From contig NC_068985.1 of assembly GCF_001194135.2 (NCBI RefSeq), positions 76,143,066 through 76,207,065 on the forward strand: a stretch of 64,000 nucleotides of DNA. The letters run 5' to 3'. The position numbers were made by a program, and so were the translations under genes. The notes beneath the pieces were generated by a model that saw only the letters and a list, made by a program, of their open reading frames with translations, was not told the origin of the DNA and made no database searches. The stretch's first letter is position 1, and every line of letters starts with the position of its first letter. The DNA is from Octopus bimaculoides (taxonomy: Eukaryota). Positions 23,453 through 37,034 of this stretch are shown piece after piece.

Positions 23453-23839
23453 AACAATATGTATATATATATCATGAAGTTTACATCTTGCTCAGAGATT
23501 TATTATTGCCTGAATATATATATATATATACATATACATATATGCATATAAAAATTTTTTTTTTTCGTAATGAGATAAAAAAACCAAGGCTGGATAGATT
23601 TTACAACATTTATAAATAGAAGGTTTTACAGCTGTTTCCAGGATATTTATTATATCCTTTCATCGGAGACGGTGTGAGAAGATGGTTAAGCATATATACA
23701 TACGTATACGTACATACTTACATGTATATGTATATACATATGCATATGTGGACACAGGACGTCACATGTCTATATGCATATATATATTATTTATATTATA
23801 TGATTGAATGACACGCATCATCCTTTTCCAAGTAAGTTT

Positions 23840-23926
<87 letters not shown>

Positions 23927-24124
23927 ATATATATCATCATCATCATCATCATCATNNNNNNNNNNNNNNNNNNNNNNNNNNNNNNNNNNNNNNNNNNNNN
24001 NNNNNNNNNNNNNNNNNNNNNNNNNNNNNNNNNNNNNNNNNNNNNNNNNNNNNNNNNNNNNNNNNNNNNNNNNNNNNNNNNNNNNNNNNNNNNNNNNNNN
24101 NNNNNNNNNNNNNNNNNNNNNNNN

Positions 24125-24174
<50 letters not shown>

Positions 24175-25224
24175 CCATCAGACACCTACACCATTTCCAT
24201 CTACTAACTTCTACTCATAAAACATATTCATTCTGAGACTAGAAGATACTTACCCAATGTGCCATGCAGTGTATCAAATCCAGAATTGGGTGGTTGTAAG
24301 AACCAAAAAAGGAAAAAAAGGTTATTAGATTTCCTTTAATGAGAATTTACCTTGGTAGTGCTAATATCTGTTTTGAGGAATGTGGCCAGCTGGCAGAAAT
24401 GTGAGCATGCCAGGTAAAATGCTTTGTGGCATTTTGTCCATCTTTGCATTCTGAGTTCAAATTTCACCAAGGTTGACTTTGCCTTTCATCTTTTTGGGGG
24501 TCAATAAAATAAGTACCAGTTGAGCACTAGGTTTAATCTCATTGACTTAGTTCCTTCCCTAAACTTTCTCGCCTTATGCCAAAATTTGAAACTAATATTT
24601 GTTTAGTGGAGAGTTTCTGTTTCTGTAATGGGTCTGCCCTCCAGTTGACATAATACAAGATGCTCAAAACCTGACGCAAAAACCTGTCTGCATTTGAAAA
24701 TTAATAAATGCTTCATGATGTGGGGCGTAAGCTTTGCCAAACTATGCAACAGAGCACGAAGATGTATTGCTCATTGCTTTTATCATTCAAACACTTTTGT
24801 ACATTCGTTATTTCTTGGTAAATAATATCTGTCCATATCTTTTACTTTCAAATGGCTTTATTTACATTTTCATGATTACATCATCGGGAAGTGCATTAGT
24901 AACTCAAAATAACAAAGCTTTTTTTCTAATGTAGGACACTTGTATCTTGCTATTTTTGGTAATTATTAGCTTAAGATGTTGGCTCTCTCAGCACATTAAT
25001 ATCTATTATTAATTACGCATTAATATCTATTATTAATGATGCATGTGCAATTAGCTCTGAAATGAGCTGGTAGCAGATTAGACAATTCTCAAGAAGCCAT
25101 GGTTGTTTCATATATATTGGAATGTGGTGTGTTGAAACGAGAGAATTTAAAGTATATGTAAGTTTTTGTGTATTTTTGTATTTATGTGTGTCATCATCAT
25201 TATTATTGAATGTTAGTGGTTGGG

Positions 25225-25740
25225 TGGACAGTTCAAAAGCAGACCTCAAGATAAGAAAGGCACAAGCATGGACAGCTTGTCACAAACTAAAGAAGATCTA
25301 GGACTCCAAATTGCCCAGTTGAATCAAAATCAAGCTGTTCATTGCAACTGTTGAATCAATGCTGTTATACGGTAGTGAAACATGGGCATTGACATAGAAA
25401 TTATCAAACAGTCTAGATCGATGATGCACAAGGATGCTATGAATGGCGCTAAATGTAAAATAGCAGCAACATATGACAAACGAGACCTGAAAGTTAGTGA
25501 GAAGATCAGGCAAAGATGGCTGTGACTATCTAGACACTGCATATGCCACCCTGAACTGGTAGCAACCAAATTAGTCTTGTGAAACCTACTTCATGGCAAT
25601 GTAAGAAGAGGAAAACGTCCTTACACTTACATCAACAACTTGATTGCAGACACTGGCCTGAAATGTATCCAAGACCTCAAGGCAGTGATGTTGAACTGAG
25701 AAGTGTGGCTGGGTGAACTTTGTTGCTGTGGTCTAGGCTG
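25225..25740 (+). mobile_element. Degenerate RTE/RTEX-like LINE fragment (second family)
   Basis: DLKIRKAQAWTACHKL...IKLFIATVESMLLYGSETWALT with stops. Confidence 0.75.
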
Positions 25741-26434
25741 GAACCTGGCCATAATAATAACTAATAATTGTTATTATCATCTTACATTCACTTTTCATAC
25801 TAACATGAGATGGACAGTCCAACAGAATCTGATGAATAAGAGGACCACATAAGGCTCCAATGTCACATATTTATATTATTTTTAAGCCTGCATTCTCTCC
25901 CTAACGCAGGGCATGTTTGATATGCAGAAAGGAGTAAGAAGCTCTATGAGCAGTAGGGTCACTGGTTTATTAATGACATCAGCACTATACTGTTTGGAAG
26001 TTCAAATGGCAATGTAAACTGAGTGTTTCATTACTTGCAGTGCAAAATAAAATGTTGCAAAGAAATTTTCAATAGAGAAGCAATGGGCCCTAACAAATGA
26101 ATATACTTCACAAAGACAAAACCATCCACTTGGTGGTCCATGACACTCTTTTCATTATGGGATACCATTGTTACTACTTTTACAGTTGTGTTTCTTTTAA
26201 ACAAGTTGACAAGAGTTAGAATGTCCATGACAATTCATTCCTCACACCCACTCTTTCTCTCCTACTCCTTTTTAAAATGAACTTTATTTTAGAATGATCA
26301 TTGTTGATGCTGTAACAGTTTTGTTGTTTTATATTCCAGTAATATTACATCTTTTTGTTTGGTTGTTGAGTAAACCTGAATTAAAACAAAAAAAAATAGC
26401 TAAACAAAATATTAGTGACAGTTCACTGCCTATG

Positions 26435-26580
26435 TATGTATGGATGGATGGATGGACAGATGGATGGATGGATGGATGGATGGATGGATGGATGGTCAGA
26501 TGGATAGACGGACTGACGGATGGATGGACAAACGGATGTACAGACGAGTGGATGGATGGATGGACAGATGGATGGATGAA
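26435..26580. repeat. (GGAT)n microsatellite
   Basis: Imperfect GGAT/GGAC tetranucleotide run. Confidence 0.95.
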
Positions 26581-27274
26581 TTGTTTGACTATTTATTTGT
26601 TTTTTAATAAATAATAAACAAGAAGAGTAACTCAACACCAGTTTATAACTAGGACTTGACATGGATGTACTATGTTTTAAATTTTAGAATTATAATACAT
26701 TTAGAAATATAATATATTGACAAAGTTAATAATAATTGAAATTAAATCTTTATCTTCAAAGCCATTTGCACTGTCTTATGTGTGTATGTTATTATCATCA
26801 TGAAACATGCCTGTGTCCTCATAAACAACTCAGTGACACTAGTAACATAGGTTTCTCATTACAGAACAGAACATGATAGTGTTAATGAGTTTAAGGCTTA
26901 GTTATAAACAGTGAAAATAGTAGTCCGTGCTGGTATCATCGTCATCATAAAGATCACGATCAGGATCATCATTATTATCATCATCATCATCATCATCGTT
27001 GTATTCATCATCATCATCATCACCACCATTATTGTTTTAGTGTCCACTTTTCCACATCTGTGTGACTCAAACAGAATTCACTGAGGCAGATTTTCTGTGC
27101 TCTTCCTGGTTGTCATCCATCCCTTGTTTCCAAGCAAAGTAATATTCCCCAATAAGCAAACACATTTTCATGGAAGATTAGAAATAAATGATGTCAGATG
27201 ATGATGACACTTTTTTTACAACTGTTCTGTGAATCTAAAATATAGACACAAGCATGCATGCATGTGCACACACA

Positions 27275-27336
<62 letters not shown>

Positions 27337-27788
27337 GGTCTTCTGCAGTAGTTTCGCCAGATAGTAGGTTGTGATTTGAGGTAGATGTAGATTTGGTTGA
27401 TATTTCTAGCAAGTTTCATGAGCACATAGAAGCTTTTTGTTGGTTTGCTGATAACAGTGGCAGAACCTGTTATCCTCAAAGTACTTAGATGCAGATGAGT
27501 GTACTTATATTTGAGTGTTTTGGCTATGAACAAAGCACTATAACATGAATAATAAACTCTACATATTATCTCAATCTTTTATTTTTATACTGTTGTACAT
27601 ATACCTTGTTTTAGCTCTGCTTTCTTTTCTCTCCTTTGTTATTTTATGTGTATGCCAAGCATTTTTATCTCATATATTCATCTAATAAAAAAAAGAGACA
27701 AATTAAATTGGCCCATAGCTTGAGACTTACTTCAAGCTTTAACAAAACATTTGATGCAGTCTCTGTCCTTTCTTTCTTTCTTTCTCTA

Positions 27789-27819
<31 letters not shown>

Positions 27820-28060
27820 ATTTTCTCTTCGTTTGGGTGTTTTGCTGTGTCCAGTCTGGCCACTCTGCTTTTATTGCATGTCAAAAGGTTATGAAATTGC
27901 ATGACGTTTCTGTAAGTGAGGCTCAAAATATCAATTTAGATTCAACACAGTAGGTAATTATTTGCATGTTTTTCATAGAAGACTGATTTATCTCTCAACA
28001 AATGACAAAAGCCCGTTAATAATAAATGTTTCTTATCTCTCTGCTTTATTTATTCAACAG

Positions 28061-28337
28061 CAAATCCCAAACCCAGCTGTTGCTAGGTACAACTGATGGC
28101 AAGATCAGAGTGCATCACTTACCTGTTCCTGGTTCCATCAAAGAGCTCGGTCCATACTGGGAGTTTGGGATACATGATTCAGATTATGGCTACCTAACTG
28201 GTTTAGTAGTCAACTTTCAGGACAATTACCTAATATCTTCTGGTGCTGATGGAAATATCTTTATCTTTTCTTATATGTCACTAGACAAAATTGAAGAAAA
28301 AATTGCTGCTGCAGAACCATATATTTTCCTAGCGAAG
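28061..28337 (+). CDS. CFAP44: CFAP44 exon 5, WD40 repeats KSQTQLLLGTTDGKIRV...YLISSGADGNIFIF...FLAK
   Basis: acAG/GTaagt, 277 nt, phase 2-0; WD40 signature and GADGNIF motif. Confidence 0.96.
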
Positions 28338-28924
28338 GTAAGTAAGGGTTATACAATGTATTCTCTGACCATTTTATTTCAAGCTTCCCATGGTTATTAA
28401 ATGAGAGAAATGAGCTGGCAGAATAGTTAACATGCTGGGCAAAATGTCTGGCAACATTTCATTCATCTTTATGTGCTGAGTTCAAAAAGGTCAATCAAAT
28501 AAGTACTAGCTGAGCACTGGGTGTGACATAATTGACCTACCCTCTCTTCTGAACTTACAGGTCCTGTGCCAAAATTTGAAACCAATATTAAATGCACTTT
28601 CTATATTGAAGTGGCCAGAGTATCAATGTCATTTGTATTCTTATTTTTATATGAATACAAATATATATTTGGGATTGATGTAGTCTACTTGCCCACTCCC
28701 GCAAAATTTCAGGCTTTGTACCTTTGTTAGAAAGAATTATTATTATCACCATCACCATCATCATTGGAGAACATTCTGATCATTAGTGTTAGTGGGTAAA
28801 TGGACATAAGCCAGAGCTGTGCAGTTCTAACTGCTTGAGAAGGAGGTAAAAGCCTTGTAAACCTTCTCAGGCAGTTTCAGTTGATTGATATGTAACCAAC
28901 TGTTACACAAATATGCTGATGTGG

Positions 28925-29520
28925 ACTTGGACATCATCATCCTCATCATCATCATCATCTTCTTCTTCATTTAATGTCTGTTTTCCATGCTGGAAGGGGT
29001 TGGACAGCTGTTCAGGCTCCCTGTCTGTTTTGGCATGGTTTCTACAGTTGGACGCCTTTCCTAACGCCAATTATTTTACAGAGTGTACTGGGTACTTCTA
29101 TGCAACACTGGCATTGATGCTTTTTACATGACACCAGGACCTATGAGCCTGCGATATTAGGGATCCAAGGGAAACCACACTTTTACTTAGCTTGAAGTGT
29201 CTTTTCAAGCACAGCAAACCACCGGGAGTCTCAGTCCCTTGTCATCTCCTCTGTGAGTCCCAATGTCTGTAAATCCTTTCTTACCACTTTGTCCCACATC
29301 GTCATGGGTCTACCCTTTCCACATGTCCCCTCTATAATTAAAGATTGATACCTCTTGGTGCAACTGTTTTCATTCATACACATTACATGGCCATACCAGT
29401 GCACAACACATCTGATGCTACATATACCCAGTTTTTCTCTCAATCACTTACACTCTGTCGAATAGGCACAATCATATTACCTATCCAGCAAAGCATACTG
29501 GCTTCATTGCTTTCAAATGT
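28925..29520 (-). mobile_element. RTE LINE 3' fragment
   Basis: Minus ORF WYGHVMCM...EGTCGKGRP...DLQTLGLTEEMT plus 3' UTR and (CAT)n tail. Confidence 0.85.
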
Positions 29521-30047
29521 TTGCACCACATTAAATCATTCTGATCATATCTTGATTAAAATTTTGTTACATCAGTAGATAAGGATAACATAGAGTTACC
29601 CCAGTTTTGTATGGTGATCACAAAAGGTTATGATCTTCACAATAAACTTAGATAAGACATGCAGACAAAAATCTGTTTACAGAAACTGAACTTATTCCTG
29701 GCATGAAGAGTTTACTGCAACTGGATTGAAGAATTAGTTAGGAAGTGTTAACAAAGCTGATCAATGTTGGTGATGGGGCCCTCTAAAATGAACGATTAGA
29801 ATAGACTCCATAGCATATAGTAAAAAAGTGAGGATATAAAACAATAGATTAAGAGAAACTAGGGAGCAAATAAGAAAGGACAGTTACGAAAAGTATCACA
29901 ACTAGTATCCTTGCAGAAAAATGGCCTTCAGTGAATCTTTGAAGTGAAACATGAAGGTTTAACTAAAGTGTTTGCAAAATTGTTGGTTCTTGTCATCAGT
30001 TCTGTATAATTTCTAGCTAATCTCTCTGGAACAATTTTCTTCCTGTC

Positions 30048-30540
30048 ATTATCATCATCATCATCATCGTTTAACATCCATTTTCCTTGCTGGCATGGTT
30101 TGGACAGTTTGACTGGGGACAGGCGAGCCAAGAGGCCACACCAGGCTCAAATCTGATCTGGCAATGTTTCTACAGCTGGATGCCCTTCCTAACACCAACC
30201 ACTCCGAGCGTGTAGGGGATGCTTTTTACATGCCACTGGCACGGGTGCCAATCAGGTGGCACTGGCATCAGCCACGTTCAGATGGTGTTTTTTACGTGCC
30301 ACCGGCACAAGAGCCAGTCGGGGCGGGGATGGGCTGGCATTGACCACATTTGGATGGTGCTTTTTATGTGCCACTGGCATGTGGAGCCAGTCAGGCAGCT
30401 CTGGCAGTGACCCACGCATGAATGGTGCTTATTGCATGCTACCAGTACTGGTAAATGCCACAACTACAATTTCCATTTGGTTGAAATAAAAATGATTTGA
30501 TTTGATTTTGATTTACTTGACTCAATAGGTCTCCTCAAGC
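30048..30540 (-). mobile_element. RTE 3' UTR copy with tandem array
   Basis: Same terminus and repeat units as the 10945 and 17900 copies. Confidence 0.82.
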
Positions 30541-32611
30541 ACGGAATGTCGCCTGACAATTATTGTAATGTCTGATGCATTATCGTAAGGATAGGTAAAA
30601 ATTTGTCTTCAGTGGTGCTATAATAAATTTAGTTTAATTGAAAGCTTTCAGTTGGGGTGGCCATCATTATCTAATGGCTATCTTAACCATTGTTGATTTT
30701 GGTCCTTTTTTTCTGAGGTCCAGTCACTTCTATGTAGAATGGCCTTGATGTGATCAAACTAAATTCCAGCTATTAGAACCATTCAATATAATATATTTAG
30801 TACATTAAGGGTGTCCTCTCAAACTGTTGTTGCATGCTTTGAGTCTTGAAGCACAGCTAAGGAATTTTACTATTTTGGATTCTGATCAAACTGGGAAACA
30901 AGAGAGCCATTGCAGAATATGTAGATATTGTGACCCTCATGTTATCAGACAATTCTGAAAACCAGGTGGTTGGTACTCTTTAGGTGGAACAAGCCAGGTG
31001 GTCTTACAACTCATCCTTTGGTATGGTAAGTCCATACTAGTTAGTGACTATTTCTTGACTGACAGTTCAGTTTATGATGTTTGATGTTTGCTTTGGTCCA
31101 GACTTCTTGGTGGATAGAAACTGGGATGACGTTACAACTGGAATAATTAGTTTCCTTCAGAAATGAGCTGAGAGGAGGCTATCTCTGGAAAATTGGGTAG
31201 ACAAAGTGAATGCCAGCATCAGTTTTGGAATTTATTATTTACCTGTCTGTCTATTTTGCTTTTCTCTAATCTATTCTATTGAAATTTCAGCCTGGCGAAT
31301 ATGGAAAACTTCTAGAATTTCCTAGCCAGTCAGAACTTCTGGGGAGCATTGCTGGTTTGAGGTAATCTATACAGGTGTGATAGTGCCATCAGTCTATTCT
31401 GCTCAGTGTGCATGCAGAGTGATGAAGTGGCCCTTCATGCACAGTCATTGAGTATACACTGCTGACTCATGGCACTATGTCAAACAGTTGTCATATATAG
31501 GATGGATCACGCTGTCAACCAAGTTCATGATCACTCAACCATTTCCTGTGGCATGGAAGTTTATTTTTTTTTTTTTCTGACTGATAACTGTGGTGAGAGT
31601 GCTGGTGTGATGTAGTAGATTGAGATGATTAATAAAGGGTCTTGCTTTTTAACCTAGCTCTTATCAACAGATTCAAGTGCCACTTGAAGAGGAAGGCCAC
31701 ACTGCAGGAAATACTTCTTCCACTACAGTTTCCTGAAAATTGATTAGAGTTGCTATCATAGGCTAGATAAATGGGCTTACTGTGAACATGTGACTTAGGT
31801 TGCGATAAAGTTTGGGGAGAAGGTACTTGACTTTTGGTAGACAGGGTAGCTTTGTATTTATATGGATTCTTCTGGTTTACTCAAGGTGACTATCCCTCTC
31901 TTGAGACACTTTTTTTATTTCATTTACATACATATTACTAGCTGTATTTTACCAAACTTGTAAAATTTTCCAATATTTTTATAAACTTCCTACTCATCCA
32001 TGAGTGAGATGGATAAATGGGCAAAATAAAAGAAATCACCACCACCATCGTCATCGTTGTCGTTGTCATCATCATCATCACTGTCAAAGAATAGGGTTTC
32101 ATATATAATAAGAGAATTGAGGAATGCACTAACAGGATGAAGACACCTGTGTGTGAATTTGTTTAGTGTAGTGTTGCACTCCAAGAAGCACATGGCCCTT
32201 CACAAATTCATCAACTGGGTCCAATGGCATAGAGAACCAAGACAACTGGAGTTGACAGATTCATTGCAGCCTTCATCCACCTTCACAGCTGCTGTGTTGG
32301 TTCAGAGACAACTTGCTTCACCTGATCCACCATTGAGGACTTGACTCACCAGAGCCCCATTAACCAGCTCATTTCAGGTTTCCTGTTGAGCCTTCATGGC
32401 TACCAAAGTAGTCATGGGGCTCATGAAATCCTGCTGTATTTCATCCCAACAGTTCCAAGTTCAAATTCCGCTGAGGTCAACTTTGCCTCGCATCATTTTG
32501 GGGTCGTTGAAATAAGTACTAGTCATGTATTGGGGTCCATGTAGTTAACTATGACCCTTCCTGGAAATGTCAGACTTTGCACTAAAAATTTGAAACCATT
32601 GTTTTTTTGTT

Positions 32612-32645
<34 letters not shown>

Positions 32646-33539
32646 GTATTATTATTACAGTTAAGGTGAGTTGTTAGCAGAATAATTAGCATGCCAAACC
32701 AAATGCTTAGTGACATTTCATCCAGCTTTACATTCTGAGTTCAAATGCTGCAGAGGTTGAATTTACCTTTCAGCCCTTTCGTGGTTGATAAAATAAGCAC
32801 TAGTTGAACACTAGTGTTGATGTAGCTGACTAATTCCCACTGCATTGAAATTACTAATTTTGAGCCAAAATTTGAATTGATTATTTAGGCAATAAGCTGA
32901 TATAGTCATTAGCACAGAAAACTAAATGCTCTGTGGAATTTCTTCTGGTATTCTACATTCAGAGTTCAAATTCAGCAAAGATAGTGGGGTCAAAAAAATA
33001 AAGTACCAGTTTAGTGCTGGGGTTCATGTAATCAATTAAGCTCCTCCAACTAAAACTGTTAGCTTTATGCCAAAATTTGAAACAATACCATTGTTTGTAT
33101 ATAAATATAAACAAACCAACATTTTTTTTTATATATAAGAGTTGAAATGTGTAATGTAAGATACAAATAAGATGATTTATTTTCAAATGCAAAAATGCCC
33201 TTAGAACAGCCGAAATATTGGGTAAATTACCCTTACAAAGTGGAAAACTTGGCAACAGACAGCCATATATTTATATACACCTAGTTGTACATTTTGTTTT
33301 ATAGCATCTAAAATGTGGATTAATTTGTCAGTAGGCAGTTTAGCTTAATGGTAAAGCATTTGGCCAGAGTCTTCAAGAAATGTGGATTCATGTTCCATGG
33401 CTGTTTGTTGATCAATTTTTCCACTTTGTAAAGGTAAGTTACCCAATATTTCTGCTGTTCTAATGGAGTTTCTGTATTTGAAAATTAATAATCATCTTAT
33501 TTGTATCTTACAATACCATCATTATTTTCTATTCCACAG

Positions 33540-33583
33540 GAGAAACTGTATGTTGATGATTTGGAAGATCCAACAGCTTACAG
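33540..33583 (+). CDS. CFAP44: CFAP44 exon 6 (44 nt), EKLYVDDLEDPTAYS
   Basis: cacAG/GTattt, phase 0-2; with the next exon forms the conserved D[IL]EDPxAYSIE motif. Confidence 0.92.
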
Positions 33584-33899
33584 GTATTTTTTTTTTAACT
33601 TCTTACATAAGTAACCCATGTGGGAATCCTTATATGGTCACTTGATCTGCTTGAAATTGTAGCTAAAAAACTGTCAAATTACACCATACTCTACAATTAC
33701 AAAAATGATAGAACACATTGGAAGGATGATTTTTATCATAAGTCTATTTGGCTAGGATTGCCCTGGAGCTAAACAAGTGAAACATAGCCCGTAAATCACC
33801 TTGATCCTGTAATCTCATTTGAGCTGTGTCTCCTTTTCTTCTCTCTCTTTCTTCCACTACTACTATACAGTCCTGTGGCTTTTCAACTAAACTACTATT

Positions 33900-34920
33900 T
33901 TACAACACTGTCCTGCATACTTGTGGCGTTTTCCCATACCTTGGAAGCCACCTGTTCGGCAATTGTACCATTCAGAAAGACATCAAGGATAGGATCAGCA
34001 CAGCCCATATGGCTTTCAGAAGACTCTCCAAACAAGTCTTCCTAAACCACAGCCTCACCGTCTAAATGAAAATCATGGTATTCCAAGTCATCGCCCTTTC
34101 CACACTGCTCTATGACTACGAAATTTGGGTATTGTATTGACGAGACTTAAAGGAAATCAAACCTTTCCAACAGCACAAACTTTGAGCAATCATGAGGATC
34201 CAATGGAAAACTATATTAAGGTAAAGGTAAAGTTACCTTTCCAAGTTATACTGAATCATAAGGGCTAGTTTCCTGATTTCCATGGTGTATATGTTCCCTA
34301 CTTGGATGGGACAGTGATCCATTGCAGGATTGCTAATTTTTGCCAGACTGCAGCAACATGAAATGATGTGTTTTGCTCAAGAACACAACGTGCCACCCAG
34401 TTCATGAATCGAAATCACAATCTTACAATCATGAGTCCAACACCCTAACCACTAAGCCACGTGTCTCCACAAAGACTATATCACCAATGAAGAGGTTCTG
34501 CTCGACCGCCCGGCATTGAAGCTACCATGGCATGCAACTACCTCTGCTTGTCAGAACGCATCATTTACATGTCTCAAACACCCCACCCCCATCAATTCGT
34601 CTTCATAGACTAAACCTCAGGCACCAGATCTCGCATAGCCTCCAAATTCCGTTTCTATGACCAGCTCAAGGCCACTCTCCTCCATTGCACTATTACCCCA
34701 AATACCTAGGAGACAATTGCCAAAGACCACCCAAAGTGGCAGCATGTCATTGTCTAGTGAATGGACCCAATGGAAAATAACAGACATCAAGAGCTAGAGA
34801 TCAGACAGTGAAGACACAAAGAACAACTCACACTTCCTCATCTGCCACCAACTCTCCTTTGTGATAAATGCCCCTGGCTCTTCCATACCAACTCTGGCCT
34901 GAACTTCCACCCCCAGGTAC
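33900..34920 (+). mobile_element. RTE/BovB-like LINE fragment interrupted by a SINE
   Basis: FPYLGSHL...DIKDRISTAHMAFRRLSKQVF...LLYDYEIW...W(K)DYITNEEVL and C-terminal CDKC...H motif. Confidence 0.8.
34217..34470 (-). mobile_element. tRNA-derived SINE (head 2 + tail Y, (TTTACC)n end) nested in a LINE
   Basis: Minus head GGAGACACGTGGCTTAGTGGTTAGGG; near-TSD AAA(G)ACTATAT at 34207-34216 and 34471-34481. Confidence 0.8.
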
Positions 34921-35054
34921 TGGCACACTTCACTTCCATCAGCATGAAGAGGGTCAATCAATTGCTACAGATTTATTACTCAAATACAAGTTAATTCCAC
35001 CACCACTGTAATATATATATATATGAATCAGGCATGTACCATCAGTAATTACTT

Positions 35055-36010
35055 AGGGTAGGCAGTTGGTGACCTCGGGTAGAGATGGTGAACATCTCAT
35101 CCGTCATCTATTACCGCCTGACTGTCATGCCTTGTCCCAACACTACCATCAACAAACTGGAATGCATGCTCTTCCGCTTTTTGTGGAAAGGAAGTGTTCT
35201 GATGGTTAGGTGATCCATTTGCTGTCAGCACCCACTAAATGGAGGGTAGACATGCACAGACATGCACTGAGACTGCGACATCTCTCGCGCTTCATAGACA
35301 AAGGTGAACAGGTGTGGTCACCATTTGTGAGGCGTGCTTTCCCGCAGCTTGTCTCTTTGGCCAAGCTGCAGTTATGGATCAAACAGAGACTGAGTCTAGG
35401 GGAATGACACCATGATTGCCACCTTGCTCTCAAGCAACTCTGCCATCCGGGACCATACTTGTGTGAATTCAGTTCCACAAAGGTGTTCTATAGAGGCTTA
35501 GTGGAGGGAAGATGCAACGATGTTCTTGAGGAGAGTTTGGGTGTCAACGGGGAACACCTGACCTGTCTCTATGGGCCGAGACCTATGGACAATCACCAGA
35601 GATCCCTAGCCTGGCAGTGCTATCGGGAAGCATTGCCTGTTCAGGATAAGCTCTACAGGCATGGTTCAAGATACACCGGACCGACTTGTCTGAGAAGCGG
35701 TCAGAATGATGAAACCATTCTGCATGTACTTGTGCAGTGTCCAACCATTTCAGACCTGTGGACTTAAGTCGAACAGCTGCTGTCATGTGTGGGACGAATT
35801 CAGTTATCAGCCAAGTTTATCATGAATATTGCCCTACCACCTTTCTTTAACCAGGAAGGCAAGGCAGTTTTCATTGTACTGGTGGCTATGGTGAAAGAAT
35901 GTGTGTGGTGGACTCACGTGAAAGGTTTAGAGACAAACACTTTCCTCTCTGGCCAATCGCTCATCAACTTTTTCAAGTACTACTTGAAAAGGAAGATGAG
36001 AATAGGGATG
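35055..36010 (+). mobile_element. Tx1/L1-clade LINE ORF2 C-terminal fragment
   Basis: SSVIYYRLTV...FRFLWKG...HPLNGG...LAWQCYREALPV...CLRSGQNDETILHVLVQCP (zf-RVT-like CCHC remnant). Confidence 0.85.
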
Positions 36011-36560
36011 NNNNNNNNNNNNNNNNNNNNNNNNNNNNNNNNNNNNNNNNNNNNNNNNNNNNNNNNNNNNNNNNNNNNNNNNNNNNNNNNNNNNNNNNNN
36101 NNNNNNNNNNNNNNNNNNNNNNNNNNNNNNNNNNNNNNNNNNNNNNNNNNNNNNNNNNNNNNNNNNNNNNNNNNNNNNNNNNNNNNNNNNNNNNNNNNNN
36201 NNNNNNNNNNNNNNNNNNNNNNNNNNNNNNNNNNNNNNNNNNNNNNNNNNNNNNNNNNNNNNNNNNNNNNNNNNNNNNNNNNNNNNNNNNNNNNNNNNNN
36301 NNNNNNNNNNNNNNNNNNNNNNNACAATGACAACAACAAAAGCAGCAACAATGATAATATTGTATAAAAATTTTGTGTAACAACTACATGTAAGTGATTT
36401 TTTTGTTTCATTTTTTTTTTTTTTGCCAGCTTTATAAATATTTTCATTTCTCTCTGTTTTGATGATACATGGTAGTAATTCATGCAGCTATATTCCCTCA
36501 TGCAACAAAGCCTTTTCATAAACCTATACCTAATTTATTGAATGTTCTCTGTGATTCCAG

Positions 36561-36723
36561 TATAGAAGATGCAAAACAAAAAGCCGAATATGACCGGATC
36601 ATGGCAGAAGCTAACCAAAAGAAAGAAGAAGTTCACCAGCATATTGCACTTCTCCGCCGAGATTATAAACACCTGATTGAACAAAATGCTTGCTTGCCAG
36701 AAAATCTTAGACTGAGTCCAAAA
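36561..36723 (+). CDS. CFAP44: CFAP44 exon 7, IEDAKQKAEYDRIMAEA...LPENLRLSPK
   Basis: ccAG/GTaaac, 163 nt, phase 2-0; coiled coil. Confidence 0.94.
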
Positions 36724-37034
36724 GTAAACATTCTGATATTTAAAAAAAATTTATAATGTCACTTCATTTTTATTGTAGAATGTGGATGGAGACTGCTTGG
36801 AAATTTGTTGTGTGTAGGGTAAGAGAAGGGATGTTAATGATGCCATTTCTACTTCCCACTGAGATTGTTTTGAGTGAGAAAATGGTATTTTCATGTAGTA
36901 GAATAAAAAATAGTATTTAAAATATCCACATCTTATATAAAGCAGGTAAGAGCTAGCCACCAGAAGAGCATTCAGCCATAAAAATACCATAAAAATACTG
37001 CCTCAAATTCCTGGCAGCTGGCATTTACATATTC

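Noticed and set aside
30900-31560. Possible degenerate LINE ORF1 on the minus strand
   Set aside because: Too many stops and no complete motif to support a call by eye
33333-33402. tRNA-like sequence
   Set aside because: Cloverleaf does not close; like the other tRNA-like heads here it is a decayed SINE head, so no true tRNA gene is called
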